IMG/VR virus record: IMGVR_UViG_3300050120_000230
Location: 186,001 to 250,000 of that record
Direction: 5' to 3' (one strand)
Length of the DNA: 64,000 bases
In this document: positions 26,516-36,913 of the stretch, piece after piece
Numbering within the stretch: position 1 is the first letter of the stretch
Layout of the letters: every line of letters begins with the position of its first letter
The notes under the pieces: generated by a model
The model's database searches: none
Told to the model about the DNA's origin: nothing
What the model saw: only the letters and a program-made list of their open reading frames with translations
Position numbers and translations under genes: made by a program

Positions 26516-28276
26516 ATGACGGCCACCATCAACGTTTTCAACATGCCTCAAGTCGTGACGTTGACTCTGGGTGGCGACACCGGAGCCACACTCATGAACT
26601 ACCCGGTCAATAGGACTGACTTCAAGCTCGCCAAGGGCGTCACGACCGAGATCATGTTCTTCGTGAAGGACACGGATCGGCATCCGATTACTGTCTCCGG
26701 TCTGGCAAATGCTGGAATCGTTGGTCTGCGTTTGATTGTCACCGACATCGACGACAACGTTTTGCTACTTGGTAGCCAGAACTCGACCACGACGACGTAC
26801 ACCATTTCGCAGGGCGAGACGGTGACGACATATTCGAACAGTGCGATGTTCACGTCGAACACGGTCACCATTTCCTCGACTTCCAATTCTTCTGGTTCGA
26901 ACTCGATTGTCAGCAACACGACGATGACCACGGTTTTGACCGTCTCTCCGGGCGCTGGTGATTACGTGGTCCCCGACTTCGTCAATGCCATTGTGGTTGA
27001 GACATGGGGTCCGGGCGGCGCGGGTGTGCTTTCTCCCGAAACTGGCGCCGGTGGCGGCGCCTACGCGCTCAAGAACTTCACGGTCACGTCCGGCGAAACG
27101 TTCCCGTTTTTCGTCGGCAATTCGTCTGCACCTGAAAAGGCGACGTTCTGGGGCAACTCGACTGACCACAACGCCGCGACTTTTGGTGCGTTCGGTGGTG
27201 CTTGGGTCGCGAACAATGTCACCGACGTTTCAGCCCAACTCGGTTCCCCGTTCGGCGCTTACGACGTGGGCTACTACGGCGCCCCGCCGATCACCGGGCA
27301 ACTGGACGGCCGCGCATCGGCGTGGTCGGGCGGCAACGCTTCTACCAATCCGGCTGGGGTCAATGTAAGCACAATCGAAGGCGGCGGCCAGAGTAACGGC
27401 GTTGTGGGCACCTCGCCCGGCGGCGGCGCCCCGGCATCTATCAGCAACAGCACGATGTATGGCGGCAATGGCCAGCTTCGCATCACGGAATACTACGATC
27501 AAGAGGCTATCGCGAACGCAATTGCGAACGCGCAGTCGAACTCCAATTCGATCTCGAACACCGTGACTTCCAATTCGAACGTGACGACCAATTCGGTGAC
27601 GATCACGAACACCGTCACTACCTCGGTTACTTACTTCAGCAACGTCGTGACCCTCGACCCGAGCGTCTTGGTCCCGGCTCCGGGTATCGACCCCGCCAAG
27701 GGCGTTTGGATGCTTCGTCTAAAGGCCACCGACATCGTCGATTGGCCGCTGGGCTTCCTGCGTTACTCGGTGATTGCCGACCGGATCGGTGGAGATCAGG
27801 TGATGCTCTACACCGACCGTGGCTACGGACCTTATAGTTCGCTGCTAGTGATCGATGGGCCGTTCCCGATGCCAAACGAAGCCACGAACGTTACGGCCAA
27901 CAGTATGGTCATGCTCGGCCAAAGTCTACAGAGCGGCGCCTACGCGGGTCCTGCCCAAGTCCGCAATTTGAGTGGACTGTCGAGCGTTGTCTATCACATG
28001 GGTGGCGTTGGTGACGGGTTCACTGGCTCGGTTACAATTCAAGGTTCATTGGATAATTCCATTTCGCAAAACGACGCGGACTGGATGCCAGTGGAGATTA
28101 CCGATTCCACCGGTCAAGGCACCATTTCTGGCGGGACGATCACCTTCAATACCCCACCGACTCTAACGGATTTTAACGTTACTGTGCGTGGCAACTACAT
28201 GTGGCTCCGTTTCATCGTCACTGAAATGACCATTGGCGCCAAAGCGTTCACCAGCCTTGACTTCCGAGCAGACTGA
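26516..28276 (+). CDS. probable virion structural protein with Ser/Thr/Asn-rich linkers and a Gly-rich insert
   Basis: TAAATA 5 nt upstream; WGPGGAG...GAGGGAY Gly-rich fibre-like segment. Confidence 0.7.
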   Translation: MTATINVFNMPQVVTLTLGGDTGATLMNYPVNRTDFKLAKGVTTEIMFFVKDTDRHPITVSGLANAGIVGLRLIVTDIDDNVLLLGSQNSTTTTYTISQGETVTTYSNSAMFTSNTVTISSTSNSSGSNSIVSNTTMTTVLTVSPGAGDYVVPDFVNAIVVETWGPGGAGVLSPETGAGGGAYALKNFTVTSGETFPFFVGNSSAPEKATFWGNSTDHNAATFGAFGGAWVANNVTDVSAQLGSPFGAYDVGYYGAPPITGQLDGRASAWSGGNASTNPAGVNVSTIEGGGQSNGVVGTSPGGGAPASISNSTMYGGNGQLRITEYYDQEAIANAIANAQSNSNSISNTVTSNSNVTTNSVTITNTVTTSVTYFSNVVTLDPSVLVPAPGIDPAKGVWMLRLKATDIVDWPLGFLRYSVIADRIGGDQVMLYTDRGYGPYSSLLVIDGPFPMPNEATNVTANSMVMLGQSLQSGAYAGPAQVRNLSGLSSVVYHMGGVGDGFTGSVTIQGSLDNSISQNDADWMPVEITDSTGQGTISGGTITFNTPPTLTDFNVTVRGNYMWLRFIVTEMTIGAKAFTSLDFRAD

Positions 28277-28545
28277 TGAGGCAATATATCGACATCGTTT
28301 CTGAAGAGAATTCGCAATTGGACGAACGTTCGTTGTCAAATCGGACGGTAAAAATACGTTATGTTGTCGAGAGTTACAACAAAACGACGGGTGAAGTCAT
28401 CTCTTCCAAGGACTGCGAAGACAACAAGGATTTCGCATGGGAAGTCGGTCATTCCTTCAAGCGCCTCGCGCACGCTCATATCGGAGTCCGGGTGGTTGAA
28501 TTTCAGACCGTTAGTGTAACCGAGCGCAAGGTTCGTAACTTCTGA
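28276..28545 (+). CDS. small late protein with capsid-targeting-like N-terminus
   Basis: starts MRQYIDIVSEE...LDE. Confidence 0.65.
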   Translation: MRQYIDIVSEENSQLDERSLSNRTVKIRYVVESYNKTTGEVISSKDCEDNKDFAWEVGHSFKRLAHAHIGVRVVEFQTVSVTERKVRNF

Positions 28546-28587
28546 ATCTGGTTGACGAAACGCACAGTTTCGTGCCAGAGGTAGATC

Positions 28588-29004
28588 ATGAATTATGATC
28601 TCATCATCTCCCGTCTCAAAGACGCCTCTGGCTATTATGACGCCAATCGTGAGGCGATGTATGTCGTTCGGTCGGACGAAGATCAATATAGTTTTCGTCG
28701 ATACAACGACTCCGCAGAACGATTGGCGTTGACTGCCAAATGCGATGCGGTCTTTGCATTGTTGGTTGAGGCGAAGGTGGACATTACACTCGCCGAGGTT
28801 CCGACACCGCTCGAACAACTCGCAGTCGATTTGTTTGATCCGACGATATTGCGCGAACAAAAAGAAGCCGTCACCGCCATTTCTATTGCCCGATTCATGA
28901 TGGACACCAAATACGGTGGTCTCGGGCTTCCCATGGTGACTACCGAAATGGAACATTTCGTGACGTTCGCCGATAAGTTCAAGAATTTGGTCCTCCCGAA
29001 ATAA
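28588..29004 (+). CDS. hypothetical protein
   Basis: GAGGT RBS; GTTGACGAAA element at 28551. Confidence 0.7.
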   Translation: MNYDLIISRLKDASGYYDANREAMYVVRSDEDQYSFRRYNDSAERLALTAKCDAVFALLVEAKVDITLAEVPTPLEQLAVDLFDPTILREQKEAVTAISIARFMMDTKYGGLGLPMVTTEMEHFVTFADKFKNLVLPK

Positions 29005-29056
29005 TTTCGTAAACCAAATTTGGACTGCGAGACGCCCTGCATGATAAACAGGGTTA

Positions 29057-29812
29057 ATGCGTATCCATTTGCTTTCCGACCTTCATTTCGAATTCGCCAA
29101 AATGCCCCGAACTTACACACCGCCTGAGTGCGACGTTGTGGTGCTGTCCGGTGATATTTCGGCTGGGCTGCCCGGCGTGATGTGGGCTGTCGATACGTTC
29201 ACCGTGCCCGTCATCTATATCCCCGGCAATCACGAATATTACGTGCGGCGGCCGTGGCGGGATCATCTGGCAAAGATGAAGGCGAAGGTTGCTGGCACAA
29301 ACGTTCATGTCCTCCATAACGAAACGGTGGACATCGACGGCGTGCGTTTCATCGGCGCCACCATGTGGGCGGATTTCGATCTCTTCGGCCAAAACTTCTT
29401 CCACCAGCAAGTCGCGCAGCGCGGCATGAACGACTATGCCTGCATTTTCACGGATGACAGAGGCACGAACTTCACGGCAGATGAGTCTTTGGCCGAGCAC
29501 CAGTTCAGTCGTCAGTTCATCACCGATGAGTTGGTCAAGCCGTTTGAGGGCAAGAAGGTGGTCTGCACGCATCATGGGCCGACTGAGTTATCGGTGGCCC
29601 CACGTTGGCAGAACCACCCGCTGACGCCTGCTTACACTTCGCGTATGGCGAACCTATTGCTCGACCACGGGCCGGTTCTGTGGACGCATGGGCATGTGCA
29701 CGACACGTTCGATTACGTGATCGGCGAGACGCGAGTCAGGACAAACCCTCGTGGCTACGAAGGCCACGAGATCAACCCTGCCTACGATATGCATCTTGTG
29801 CTCGATGTTTGA
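29057..29812 (+). CDS. calcineurin-like metallophosphoesterase
   Basis: SDLH, SGDI, GNHE, THH and HGHVH motifs. Confidence 0.92.
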   Translation: MRIHLLSDLHFEFAKMPRTYTPPECDVVVLSGDISAGLPGVMWAVDTFTVPVIYIPGNHEYYVRRPWRDHLAKMKAKVAGTNVHVLHNETVDIDGVRFIGATMWADFDLFGQNFFHQQVAQRGMNDYACIFTDDRGTNFTADESLAEHQFSRQFITDELVKPFEGKKVVCTHHGPTELSVAPRWQNHPLTPAYTSRMANLLLDHGPVLWTHGHVHDTFDYVIGETRVRTNPRGYEGHEINPAYDMHLVLDV

Positions 29813-30065
29813 AATCTATGTTCCCTTGGAAGTCGTTTTGGTTGATGGGGACGAGGAAGAATTTTTGAACGCCGCGTTGAGAGAAGTATGGGACGATGTG
29901 CGGTGGCGTTTCGTCGTAGACGAAAATTGGGAAAATAAAGGTGTGGTATTCAAAATACCCACAGAGAGTTGCGCGATCAAGCTGTTGTTGGTCGGTGGTA
30001 TGCGTGACGTTCCCAATGGGATGATAGTCGAAGAAACAATCCACGACTTGTCTACGAAAGATTAG
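29805..30065 (+). CDS. hypothetical protein (degenerate FKL-like)
   Basis: ATG at 29805 overlapping the upstream stop; VVFKIPTESCAIKLLL. Confidence 0.5.
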   Translation: MFEIYVPLEVVLVDGDEEEFLNAALREVWDDVRWRFVVDENWENKGVVFKIPTESCAIKLLLVGGMRDVPNGMIVEETIHDLSTKD

Positions 30066-30724
30066 ACGCTCTTGACGTGGGCTCGTCGGATCATCGCGTA
30101 GGTATCGGACACTTCTTTCATGTCTTTGTCGTCGTCGATGATGTGATATTCTTGGCGCTCGGGGTTACCGTATTTGTCGCCACGACGGCCGTCGTATCCA
30201 CCGCAAGAGATGTTGAAGCCGATACCTCGATCATCCCAGTTGTTCAGATGGGTGGTTCGCAGGCCACTGCGGCTAGGCTGATAGGCTCCGAGCGGAGAGT
30301 CTTCGCGCCCGGCGAAGAGTTCCTTGGCGGTGTTCAGGTCGATCACTTTACGAGCGAACGGACCCAGTGGGTCTTGTCTCGGGTTCTCTTTAGGCTCGTG
30401 GCCCTTGGCCCACTTCGTATAGGTGACTTGGAACTTTTGTTTGCGGAGTTCTGCGATCAACTGTCGCGCATCGGGTGCGGGTCGGAAGTCTCGAAAGTTT
30501 ACGTCCAAGATCAGTTCAGGGGCGTATTCCTTGTCAAAATCGTGGGCAATGTAGCTTTGCGCGAAGGGGGAGAACTTCCCACTTGCAAAAAACGCCTGTT
30601 CGCCTTGCAGAATGCCGCCAATTGCGTCGGCGTAGCTGTTCATCGCCTTCTCTGTTTTGTGCGCGCCGAGGCTCACTACGTCACCTTCGACGAGAAGCTT
30701 AACGATGTCGATCAGATCACGCAT
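30062..30724 (-). CDS. late protein with capsid-targeting-like N-terminus
   Basis: minus-strand TAAATA 30729-34, 4 nt upstream; starts MRDLIDIVKLLVEG. Confidence 0.75.
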   Translation of the reverse strand: MRDLIDIVKLLVEGDVVSLGAHKTEKAMNSYADAIGGILQGEQAFFASGKFSPFAQSYIAHDFDKEYAPELILDVNFRDFRPAPDARQLIAELRKQKFQVTYTKWAKGHEPKENPRQDPLGPFARKVIDLNTAKELFAGREDSPLGAYQPSRSGLRTTHLNNWDDRGIGFNISCGGYDGRRGDKYGNPERQEYHIIDDDKDMKEVSDTYAMIRRAHVKSV

Positions 30725-30804
30725 CCAGTATTTAGGCGTAAATTGACACTGTGGCGCCCGGTCGTCATATTGAGTTTGGTTAACGAGATTTCCGGGGACG
30801 ATCC

Positions 30805-31884
30805 TTGAGCAATATGCTGTCCAAAGTGGTGCATGACGACTTCGTGTGGTCAGCCATCACGGGCGCGCTCTCGGGCAAGCGCCGCGTGTCTAACACGCAA
30901 TTCATCAACATCAATTGCCCTATGTGCGTTCTGCGTGGGGAAAGCGCCGACCGCAAGCAGCGGTGCGGCATCAAGCACAATCCCGATGGAGTGGGTGTGT
31001 CATGCTTCAACTGCGGGTTCGCCAGTCGCTTCAAGACCGGCGAGACCCTCAGCAAGAACATGAAGCTGTTTCTGGGCGCCATCGGGGTGCCGTCTCGTGA
31101 AGTCCAGCACATCAATCACAAGGCGCTGCAATATCGCCGCCTGATCGCCAACAGTCCAGAAGCTATGGCGATCATACCCACGATCAACAGGCCACAGTTC
31201 CAACCATCCAGCTTGCCGCCGGGCGCGAAGACCTTGTCGCAGTGGGCATCGGACGGCGTAACAGACCCGGATTTCTTCGCGGTGGTCGAATATCTGTTCG
31301 GGCGCGGCGAGGCCATTTCCGAGGCTATGGACTACTATTGGACGCCGGACACCGACAACGCCATGAACCGGCGTATCCTGATCCCGTTCAAGTTCAACGG
31401 CCAGATCGTCGGTTGGACCGGGCGCCTTGTGGATCGGGCGACAGAGAAAATGCCGAAATATTGGAGCAGTGTGCCGTCGAACTTTTTGTTCAACCACGAG
31501 ATGCTCGAATCCGACTGCAAGTTCATCATCCTCGAAGAAGGTCCATTCGACGCCATTGCGACAGATGGGGTCGCGACGTTGGGAGCCAAGCTGACAGATG
31601 AGCAAGCCCACTGGCTGAACACCACCGGCAAGACGATCATCGTGCTCGCCGACCGTGACAAGGGCGGCCAGAGGCATATCGATCATGCCTTGCAGCACAA
31701 TTGGATGGTGAGTTTCCCGAAATTGAAAGATGGCCACGGTTTTCAGAACTGGTGGCACAGCGATGTAAAGGATGCGGCCGAAGCTTCGAAGCGTTATGGT
31801 AAGCTCTACACCGTGCGTTCCATCATCGAGAGCGCCACTTCGTCGAAGATCGAGATCGGCGTGAAGCGAAGGATGCTGTTCTGA
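30805..31884 (+). CDS. DNA primase (T4 gp61-like)
   Basis: CPMC...CFNC zinc ribbon; TOPRIM EEGPFDA and ADRD. Confidence 0.88.
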   Translation: MSNMLSKVVHDDFVWSAITGALSGKRRVSNTQFININCPMCVLRGESADRKQRCGIKHNPDGVGVSCFNCGFASRFKTGETLSKNMKLFLGAIGVPSREVQHINHKALQYRRLIANSPEAMAIIPTINRPQFQPSSLPPGAKTLSQWASDGVTDPDFFAVVEYLFGRGEAISEAMDYYWTPDTDNAMNRRILIPFKFNGQIVGWTGRLVDRATEKMPKYWSSVPSNFLFNHEMLESDCKFIILEEGPFDAIATDGVATLGAKLTDEQAHWLNTTGKTIIVLADRDKGGQRHIDHALQHNWMVSFPKLKDGHGFQNWWHSDVKDAAEASKRYGKLYTVRSIIESATSSKIEIGVKRRMLF

Positions 31885-32147
31885 TGAACGACGACGGTTT
31901 TGATTACAATGATGCGCTCGAATATATGTTGGCTTCTTCCTTCCTGTCGAAGAAGTTCAAGATTAAGTTCATGTCCACTGCGGACATGGAAAACGATGGA
32001 AAATGGGCCGCGCGGCAACGCGCAGACCAACGCGATAGTGATTGGACTATCTACGTTGCAGGTTGTCGAAAAATTGCATTCGCGGCCAGTCTTTTCGTCG
32101 CCGTATCAATTTTGACTTCGGTCGTTTTGATGCGTTACGTTCACTAA
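31884..32147 (+). CDS. small membrane protein
   Basis: C-terminal hydrophobic helix. Confidence 0.5.
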   Translation: MNDDGFDYNDALEYMLASSFLSKKFKIKFMSTADMENDGKWAARQRADQRDSDWTIYVAGCRKIAFAASLFVAVSILTSVVLMRYVH

Positions 32148-32151
32148 TTCT

Positions 32152-32343
32152 ATGAGCCAAACTTTCAGTCATATTCGACACAAGCTTGGATTAAAACCCG
32201 CCAACGTGACTGACCACTACAACAAGCAGAGAGACAACGACTGGAATGAATATCGCAGGAAATGGGAGATATTTCTCTTCCTGACCTTCGAGGCAATTTT
32301 CTGTTCATACATACTTCTTCACGTCATTTTTCACGCCATTTGA
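32152..32343 (+). CDS. small membrane protein
   Basis: C-terminal hydrophobic helix; AT-rich. Confidence 0.5.
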   Translation: MSQTFSHIRHKLGLKPANVTDHYNKQRDNDWNEYRRKWEIFLFLTFEAIFCSYILLHVIFHAI

Positions 32344-32417
32344 TTGCATAACTAAGAAGCCGAAAAGTTCAAGAGAGGTGGTAATTCGGCCACCCGGTAT
32401 ATTTTAAGAGATTTTAC

Positions 32418-33875
32418 ATGAGCGATTCTAACGAGGAATTCGGTTCCGAATTCCAACAACTGATGCTTGCTTTCATGATTAGCGACCCGGAAGCGTTCGC
32501 ACAGAGCCAAGACATCATCAAGGCCGAGTATTTTGACGACAGGTTGCGTCCGGCTGCCCGGTTCATTCTTGAATACGCTGACCAATATCGTCAGCTTCCG
32601 AGCCCTGAACAAGTTCAGGCGATGTCCAAGGTCACCGTCATGGCCTATCCGCAAGCCATGACCCAGAGCAAGTGGTATCTGGATCGCATCGAAGCATTCT
32701 GCAAATACCGTGCTCTTGAGTCCGCTATTCTCGAAGGCGTCACCCTGCTCGAAAAAGGTGAAGGTGCCAAGCTGCAAGAGTTGGTCAAGGAGGCGATGGA
32801 AATCAGCCTCGTGAAAGACCTTGGAACGTCTTACTTCCACGATCCAGTCACCCGGCTCGAACGCCTGAAAGACAACTCCAATTTCGTCCCGACCGGTTGG
32901 AAGGTTCTCGACGACAAGCTCTACGGCGGTTTCACCCGTGGCTCTCTGAACATCTTCGCCGGTGGCTCCGGTTCCGGCAAGTCACTGTTCCTTCAGAACC
33001 TCGCGAAGAAGTGGGCGCTCACTGGTCTGAACGTGATCTACATCACGCTCGAACTGTCAGAAGACCTCGTCAATTTGCGTCTCGACGCCATGGTCACCGG
33101 CAAGGGGACCAAGGACGTTCTGCGGAATGTGCGTGACACGGCCAATCAGATTGGCGTGATCGTCAAAACGAAGAAGCCGGGCGACCTGAAGGTCAAGAAG
33201 TTCCCCGAAGCCGGGACGACTTGCAACACCGTCCGCGCCTACCTCAAGGAATACGAAATCCAAGAGGGCCGCAAGCCCGACGTGCTGCTCATCGACTACC
33301 TCGACCTGATGCACCCGAACAATGCAAAAATCGACGTGTCCAGCATGTTCACCAAGGACAAGTATGTCTCGGAAGAGATGCGCGCCATCGGCTCGGATTG
33401 GAACATCCCGGTAGTGTCCGCTTCCCAGTTGAACCGCCAGTCCGTGGAAGCTCAGGAGTTCGATCACAGCCACATCGCGGGCGGTATTTCGAAGATCAAC
33501 ACCGCCGACAACGTGTTCGGTATTTTCACCTCCATGTCGATGAAGGATCGCGGCGTCTATCAACTCCAATTCCTGAAGACCCGTTCGTCGTCGGCAACCG
33601 GTCACAAAATCGAGCTTTCCTACAACCCGGTTTCCATGGCAATCGAAGACCCGGATGAGGGAGATGCCGCAGTCCGGCCGAGCACCATGGACGAGATCAG
33701 GCAACAGTTCAAAAACAACCCGACCGCGACGCGGGGGGACGGAGAAGTCAAGATGACCGCTCCTGCGGAGGTTCCTGCTGGCCGAAAGATCAGCGAAATG
33801 GCCACACCGCAGGCCGGGCCGCTGCGTGCCGATCTGTCAAGCTTGATCGCTCGAACGCGTAAGAGTGAAAACTGA
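32418..33875 (+). CDS. replicative DnaB-family helicase (T4 gp41-like)
   Basis: GGSGSGKS, ITLELSE, IDYLDLM, SQLNR and KTR motifs. Confidence 0.92.
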   Translation: MSDSNEEFGSEFQQLMLAFMISDPEAFAQSQDIIKAEYFDDRLRPAARFILEYADQYRQLPSPEQVQAMSKVTVMAYPQAMTQSKWYLDRIEAFCKYRALESAILEGVTLLEKGEGAKLQELVKEAMEISLVKDLGTSYFHDPVTRLERLKDNSNFVPTGWKVLDDKLYGGFTRGSLNIFAGGSGSGKSLFLQNLAKKWALTGLNVIYITLELSEDLVNLRLDAMVTGKGTKDVLRNVRDTANQIGVIVKTKKPGDLKVKKFPEAGTTCNTVRAYLKEYEIQEGRKPDVLLIDYLDLMHPNNAKIDVSSMFTKDKYVSEEMRAIGSDWNIPVVSASQLNRQSVEAQEFDHSHIAGGISKINTADNVFGIFTSMSMKDRGVYQLQFLKTRSSSATGHKIELSYNPVSMAIEDPDEGDAAVRPSTMDEIRQQFKNNPTATRGDGEVKMTAPAEVPAGRKISEMATPQAGPLRADLSSLIARTRKSEN

Positions 33876-34162
33876 TGTCGTCTCTAAGCATGGTTCTCTT
33901 CAACAAGCTCATTCTGGACGTGGCCGTCTGCCAACTGGCGGTGGATGATTTCGAAGTGATCGCCGGGCAAGACAACCCGGCGGCTTTCGCTGCGGCCAAT
34001 TTGGAACTCGACACCGTCAAGCTTGCACTGATTCGGCATGTGCTTCGGGAAGGCAATCTCCTGACACTCAACATTGTCGCCGAACAGTTGGAGAGGGCGA
34101 TAAAACCGCCATCGCTCCCAACTTCCTCTGGCAAAGCAGGGATTTGGAAGTCCCAACTCTGA
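33875..34162 (+). CDS. hypothetical protein
   Basis: TGATG coupling; 95 aa. Confidence 0.5.
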   Translation: MSSLSMVLFNKLILDVAVCQLAVDDFEVIAGQDNPAAFAAANLELDTVKLALIRHVLREGNLLTLNIVAEQLERAIKPPSLPTSSGKAGIWKSQL

Positions 34163-34503
34163 TCTGCGAAATTGCTCGTCGGCTAAATATGTCAATGGAC
34201 GAGCTTGGCGAAGATCAGCTTCAGATGAGAGGCTTCATCGAGATCACGGAACAGTTGCTCTGTGCGTATGCGCGGGTGACTCGACCGGAGACGATGCTTG
34301 TAGAGAGCGTCCTAGAAGAAAGCGTTGAAACTACGGAGCATCCAATTGTCTCGGAAGCCCGTGACCTCGTTTTCAAACTGCGGGCCTTCATGGAAGATTC
34401 GTCAGGAGAATACGCGCTTGGTGTCGAAAACGGGATGCAGCGCGCCGCCGATATGATCGAGAACCTCATTCGGCGGCACGAGAAAGGTGACGGACTTGGA
34501 TAA
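34144..34503 (+). CDS. hypothetical protein
   Basis: 119 aa, acidic and helical; start uncertain. Confidence 0.65.
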   Translation: MEVPTLICEIARRLNMSMDELGEDQLQMRGFIEITEQLLCAYARVTRPETMLVESVLEESVETTEHPIVSEARDLVFKLRAFMEDSSGEYALGVENGMQRAADMIENLIRRHEKGDGLG

Positions 34504-34750
34504 AAAATTTCGCAGCTTGATTGAGGAACTATCGGACTATGCCCCGACCCACAATCGCGATCTCTTCATTGAAGGTCGTGCTGAGATGGTCATGGCCAGC
34601 GTCAAGCATCTGATGCACCTGATCCGTGAAAACTACGACGAGGCCACGGCAGACGATTTGACGAAGCGCCTCGTGAACTCAATCAAAACGGAAGACGAAA
34701 ACAAGTTTCGCCGACGCATCCGTCAAATCAGGGAGTCTCGGGGGAAATGA
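34487..34750 (+). CDS. conserved-looking phage helical protein
   Basis: 87 aa; AAAGG RBS. Confidence 0.7.
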   Translation: MTDLDKKFRSLIEELSDYAPTHNRDLFIEGRAEMVMASVKHLMHLIRENYDEATADDLTKRLVNSIKTEDENKFRRRIRQIRESRGK

Positions 34751-35886
34751 GCACGATCTTGAACGAAGCAATGTTCGCCGAAGGTCTCGGCGATATGGTC
34801 AAAAACGGTGTGGCGAACGCTGCTGACCGCGTGCGTTGGGCGTTCAAGGACGATAAAGCGCGCGGCCGTCTTGGTCTGCGTGCTGCCACGAAGCACATCT
34901 ACAAGGACTGGAACGCCTACATCGGCCGCAAGCAGCTTGCCGGTTCGGGCGCCAAGAACACGCTCGGCAATCTAGCCCAATTTTTGGAATTCCAATACGG
35001 CATCGAAATCGGCCAAGACGTTCTGGATCGCATCGCGGGCGCGCAAGCTGCCCCGGAAGCTGAACCGCAAGGCGGCAACACTGCTGACGGTCGAGCCAAG
35101 GCAGCCATCGGCCAGATGTCTCAATCGGAAATCGACGCTCTGCGGAAGAAGAAAACTGAAAGCATCAACGAGTCCGCCGAAACCACTTTCGATCCTAGGA
35201 AGCTGTTCCCTCGTCTTGCCGACGTGCTGATCGATCACGGTCTGATGGCTGTGTCTCGCAACGGTGAAGTCATGGGCGGCAATCGTCGTTCTCCGGCATC
35301 TAGCAAGTCTGAGCCTGCCAACCCGGATGGTTCCGCACCGGCTGATCCCAACTCCATGTCGTCAAAAATTACCAGCGATGGTCATTCCATTGACGCCAAG
35401 AAAATGTCGGAACTGCTCGAACAGGATCGTGTGACCAAAGAGCAGATGGACGAACTCCGTACTATCCTGCAACTGGGACAAAATGCGCTGGCCGGGCGTG
35501 TTCGCCGCAACGCGAAAATCGCAGCCCTGATCGCATCCGTCGTGAACGCCACGCTGAAATCGATCAGTTCGGATAACGATCCGGCGAAAGTCATCAGCAG
35601 CAACATCACCGCGAGCGGCAACACCATCAGCATCTCGAAGATGAAAGAGTTGCTTGAAAAAGATGGCATCTCTGGGTCCAAGATGAATGCAGTTCGTTCG
35701 GAACTCGATGCCGGTGGCGAAGGCGCCATCAGCAAAATCCTTCAGAATGGTGGCGACGGAGCAAAAACCGTCATCGCCATCACCAACGCCGTCATCAACG
35801 CGACGACTAATGTCGGAGCCAAGAAGAGGCCAGTGGGCCGCCCGGCCGCTGCTGCCGCCGCCCCGGCTGCTGAACCGACTGCGTAA
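34747..35886 (+). CDS. probable head-internal protein with internal duplication
   Basis: starts MSTILNEA; repeated SxITxxGxxIxxxKMxELLE module. Confidence 0.65.
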   Translation: MSTILNEAMFAEGLGDMVKNGVANAADRVRWAFKDDKARGRLGLRAATKHIYKDWNAYIGRKQLAGSGAKNTLGNLAQFLEFQYGIEIGQDVLDRIAGAQAAPEAEPQGGNTADGRAKAAIGQMSQSEIDALRKKKTESINESAETTFDPRKLFPRLADVLIDHGLMAVSRNGEVMGGNRRSPASSKSEPANPDGSAPADPNSMSSKITSDGHSIDAKKMSELLEQDRVTKEQMDELRTILQLGQNALAGRVRRNAKIAALIASVVNATLKSISSDNDPAKVISSNITASGNTISISKMKELLEKDGISGSKMNAVRSELDAGGEGAISKILQNGGDGAKTVIAITNAVINATTNVGAKKRPVGRPAAAAAAPAAEPTA

Positions 35887-35889
35887 GTC

Positions 35890-36651
35890 ATGTCGTTCGA
35901 GTTCATGAGCACATTGGCCGAGAGCAAGCTCATTCCGGCCGAAGACATGACGCGCCGTTGGCGTGCCCATGAACTTGCCGATCTCGTGGTGCTCTATGTC
36001 AGCGCGCTCTACATTCTCTACTCCTACCCCGAAAGCCAGAAATTTGCCGTCACATACGCCCGTAGGACGGTGCAGTATGGGGTGAAGTTCGAGAAATGGC
36101 AGTCGGGTGGCACAGACATCTATGTCCTGCTCTACGGCCTTAAATCCGGCCATGCTTCGCTTAAGGATCAGGCCGAGAGTGACAAGTTCAAGAAGCAAAT
36201 GCCGTTCGGAGAGCCGCTACTCGTTAAATGGCTCCGCGAGATGTCCGGCGGGCGCGTCTTCGCGCCGACGCACCGTTCACTGTTCAGCCGTCTGGATTTC
36301 AACTTCAAGATCAACACTTCCTCGATCCGTGCCGTGCGTCGCATGGCCATGGATTGGGACAGTCTGGAAAATCACGACAAACGCCTGACGATGACGCGCC
36401 TTCTTCAGCTTTTGAAGAACCGTGCACCGAAGTGTGAACTCCTGACCGAGCTTCACAAAGTCGCCGATACTCATGATTTGGAGATCGACGGCGTGTGCGA
36501 CCGAGAGTCGGGCGAAGGCTGTCAGTCTGCTGCCGACGTGCTGCGCGCATCGACCAAGGACAAACCGTCCAAGACGGGTAAGTTCCTCGTTGCCCTAGCA
36601 GGCATTGCGGCCGGGGTCGCCGTTTCCAACGCCCTAGATCGGAAGAAATAA
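35890..36651 (+). CDS. probable virion/head protein
   Basis: starts MSFEFMSTLAES; hydrophobic C-terminus. Confidence 0.65.
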   Translation: MSFEFMSTLAESKLIPAEDMTRRWRAHELADLVVLYVSALYILYSYPESQKFAVTYARRTVQYGVKFEKWQSGGTDIYVLLYGLKSGHASLKDQAESDKFKKQMPFGEPLLVKWLREMSGGRVFAPTHRSLFSRLDFNFKINTSSIRAVRRMAMDWDSLENHDKRLTMTRLLQLLKNRAPKCELLTELHKVADTHDLEIDGVCDRESGEGCQSAADVLRASTKDKPSKTGKFLVALAGIAAGVAVSNALDRKK

Positions 36652-36652
36652 C

Positions 36653-36829
36653 ATGCGCTGGAAAGAGATCATCGCAAACGAAAGTGCATCCTGCGGCGCT
36701 ACTTGCTCCGCAAGCATTGCCACGGCTCCGACCGCTCTAGGCGGCATTGGTGTTGGTTTTGACCCCAACGGCGACAAGGGTATCTATCAAGCAGCCAAGA
36801 AGAAAAAACCCGTTATACTTCGACGTTGA
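36653..36829 (+). CDS. 58-aa late protein absent from the ORF track
   Basis: MRWKEIIANESASCGATCSASIAT...KKKKPVILRR; same N-terminal motif class. Confidence 0.7.
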   Translation: MRWKEIIANESASCGATCSASIATAPTALGGIGVGFDPNGDKGIYQAAKKKKPVILRR

Positions 36830-36913
36830 AGATCATTAAATTGGCTTTGTGCACCGTCCACGAGTTATGTTGATAAATACTTCTATCAACCTCCTCTTGG
36901 AAGGATCATTTCT

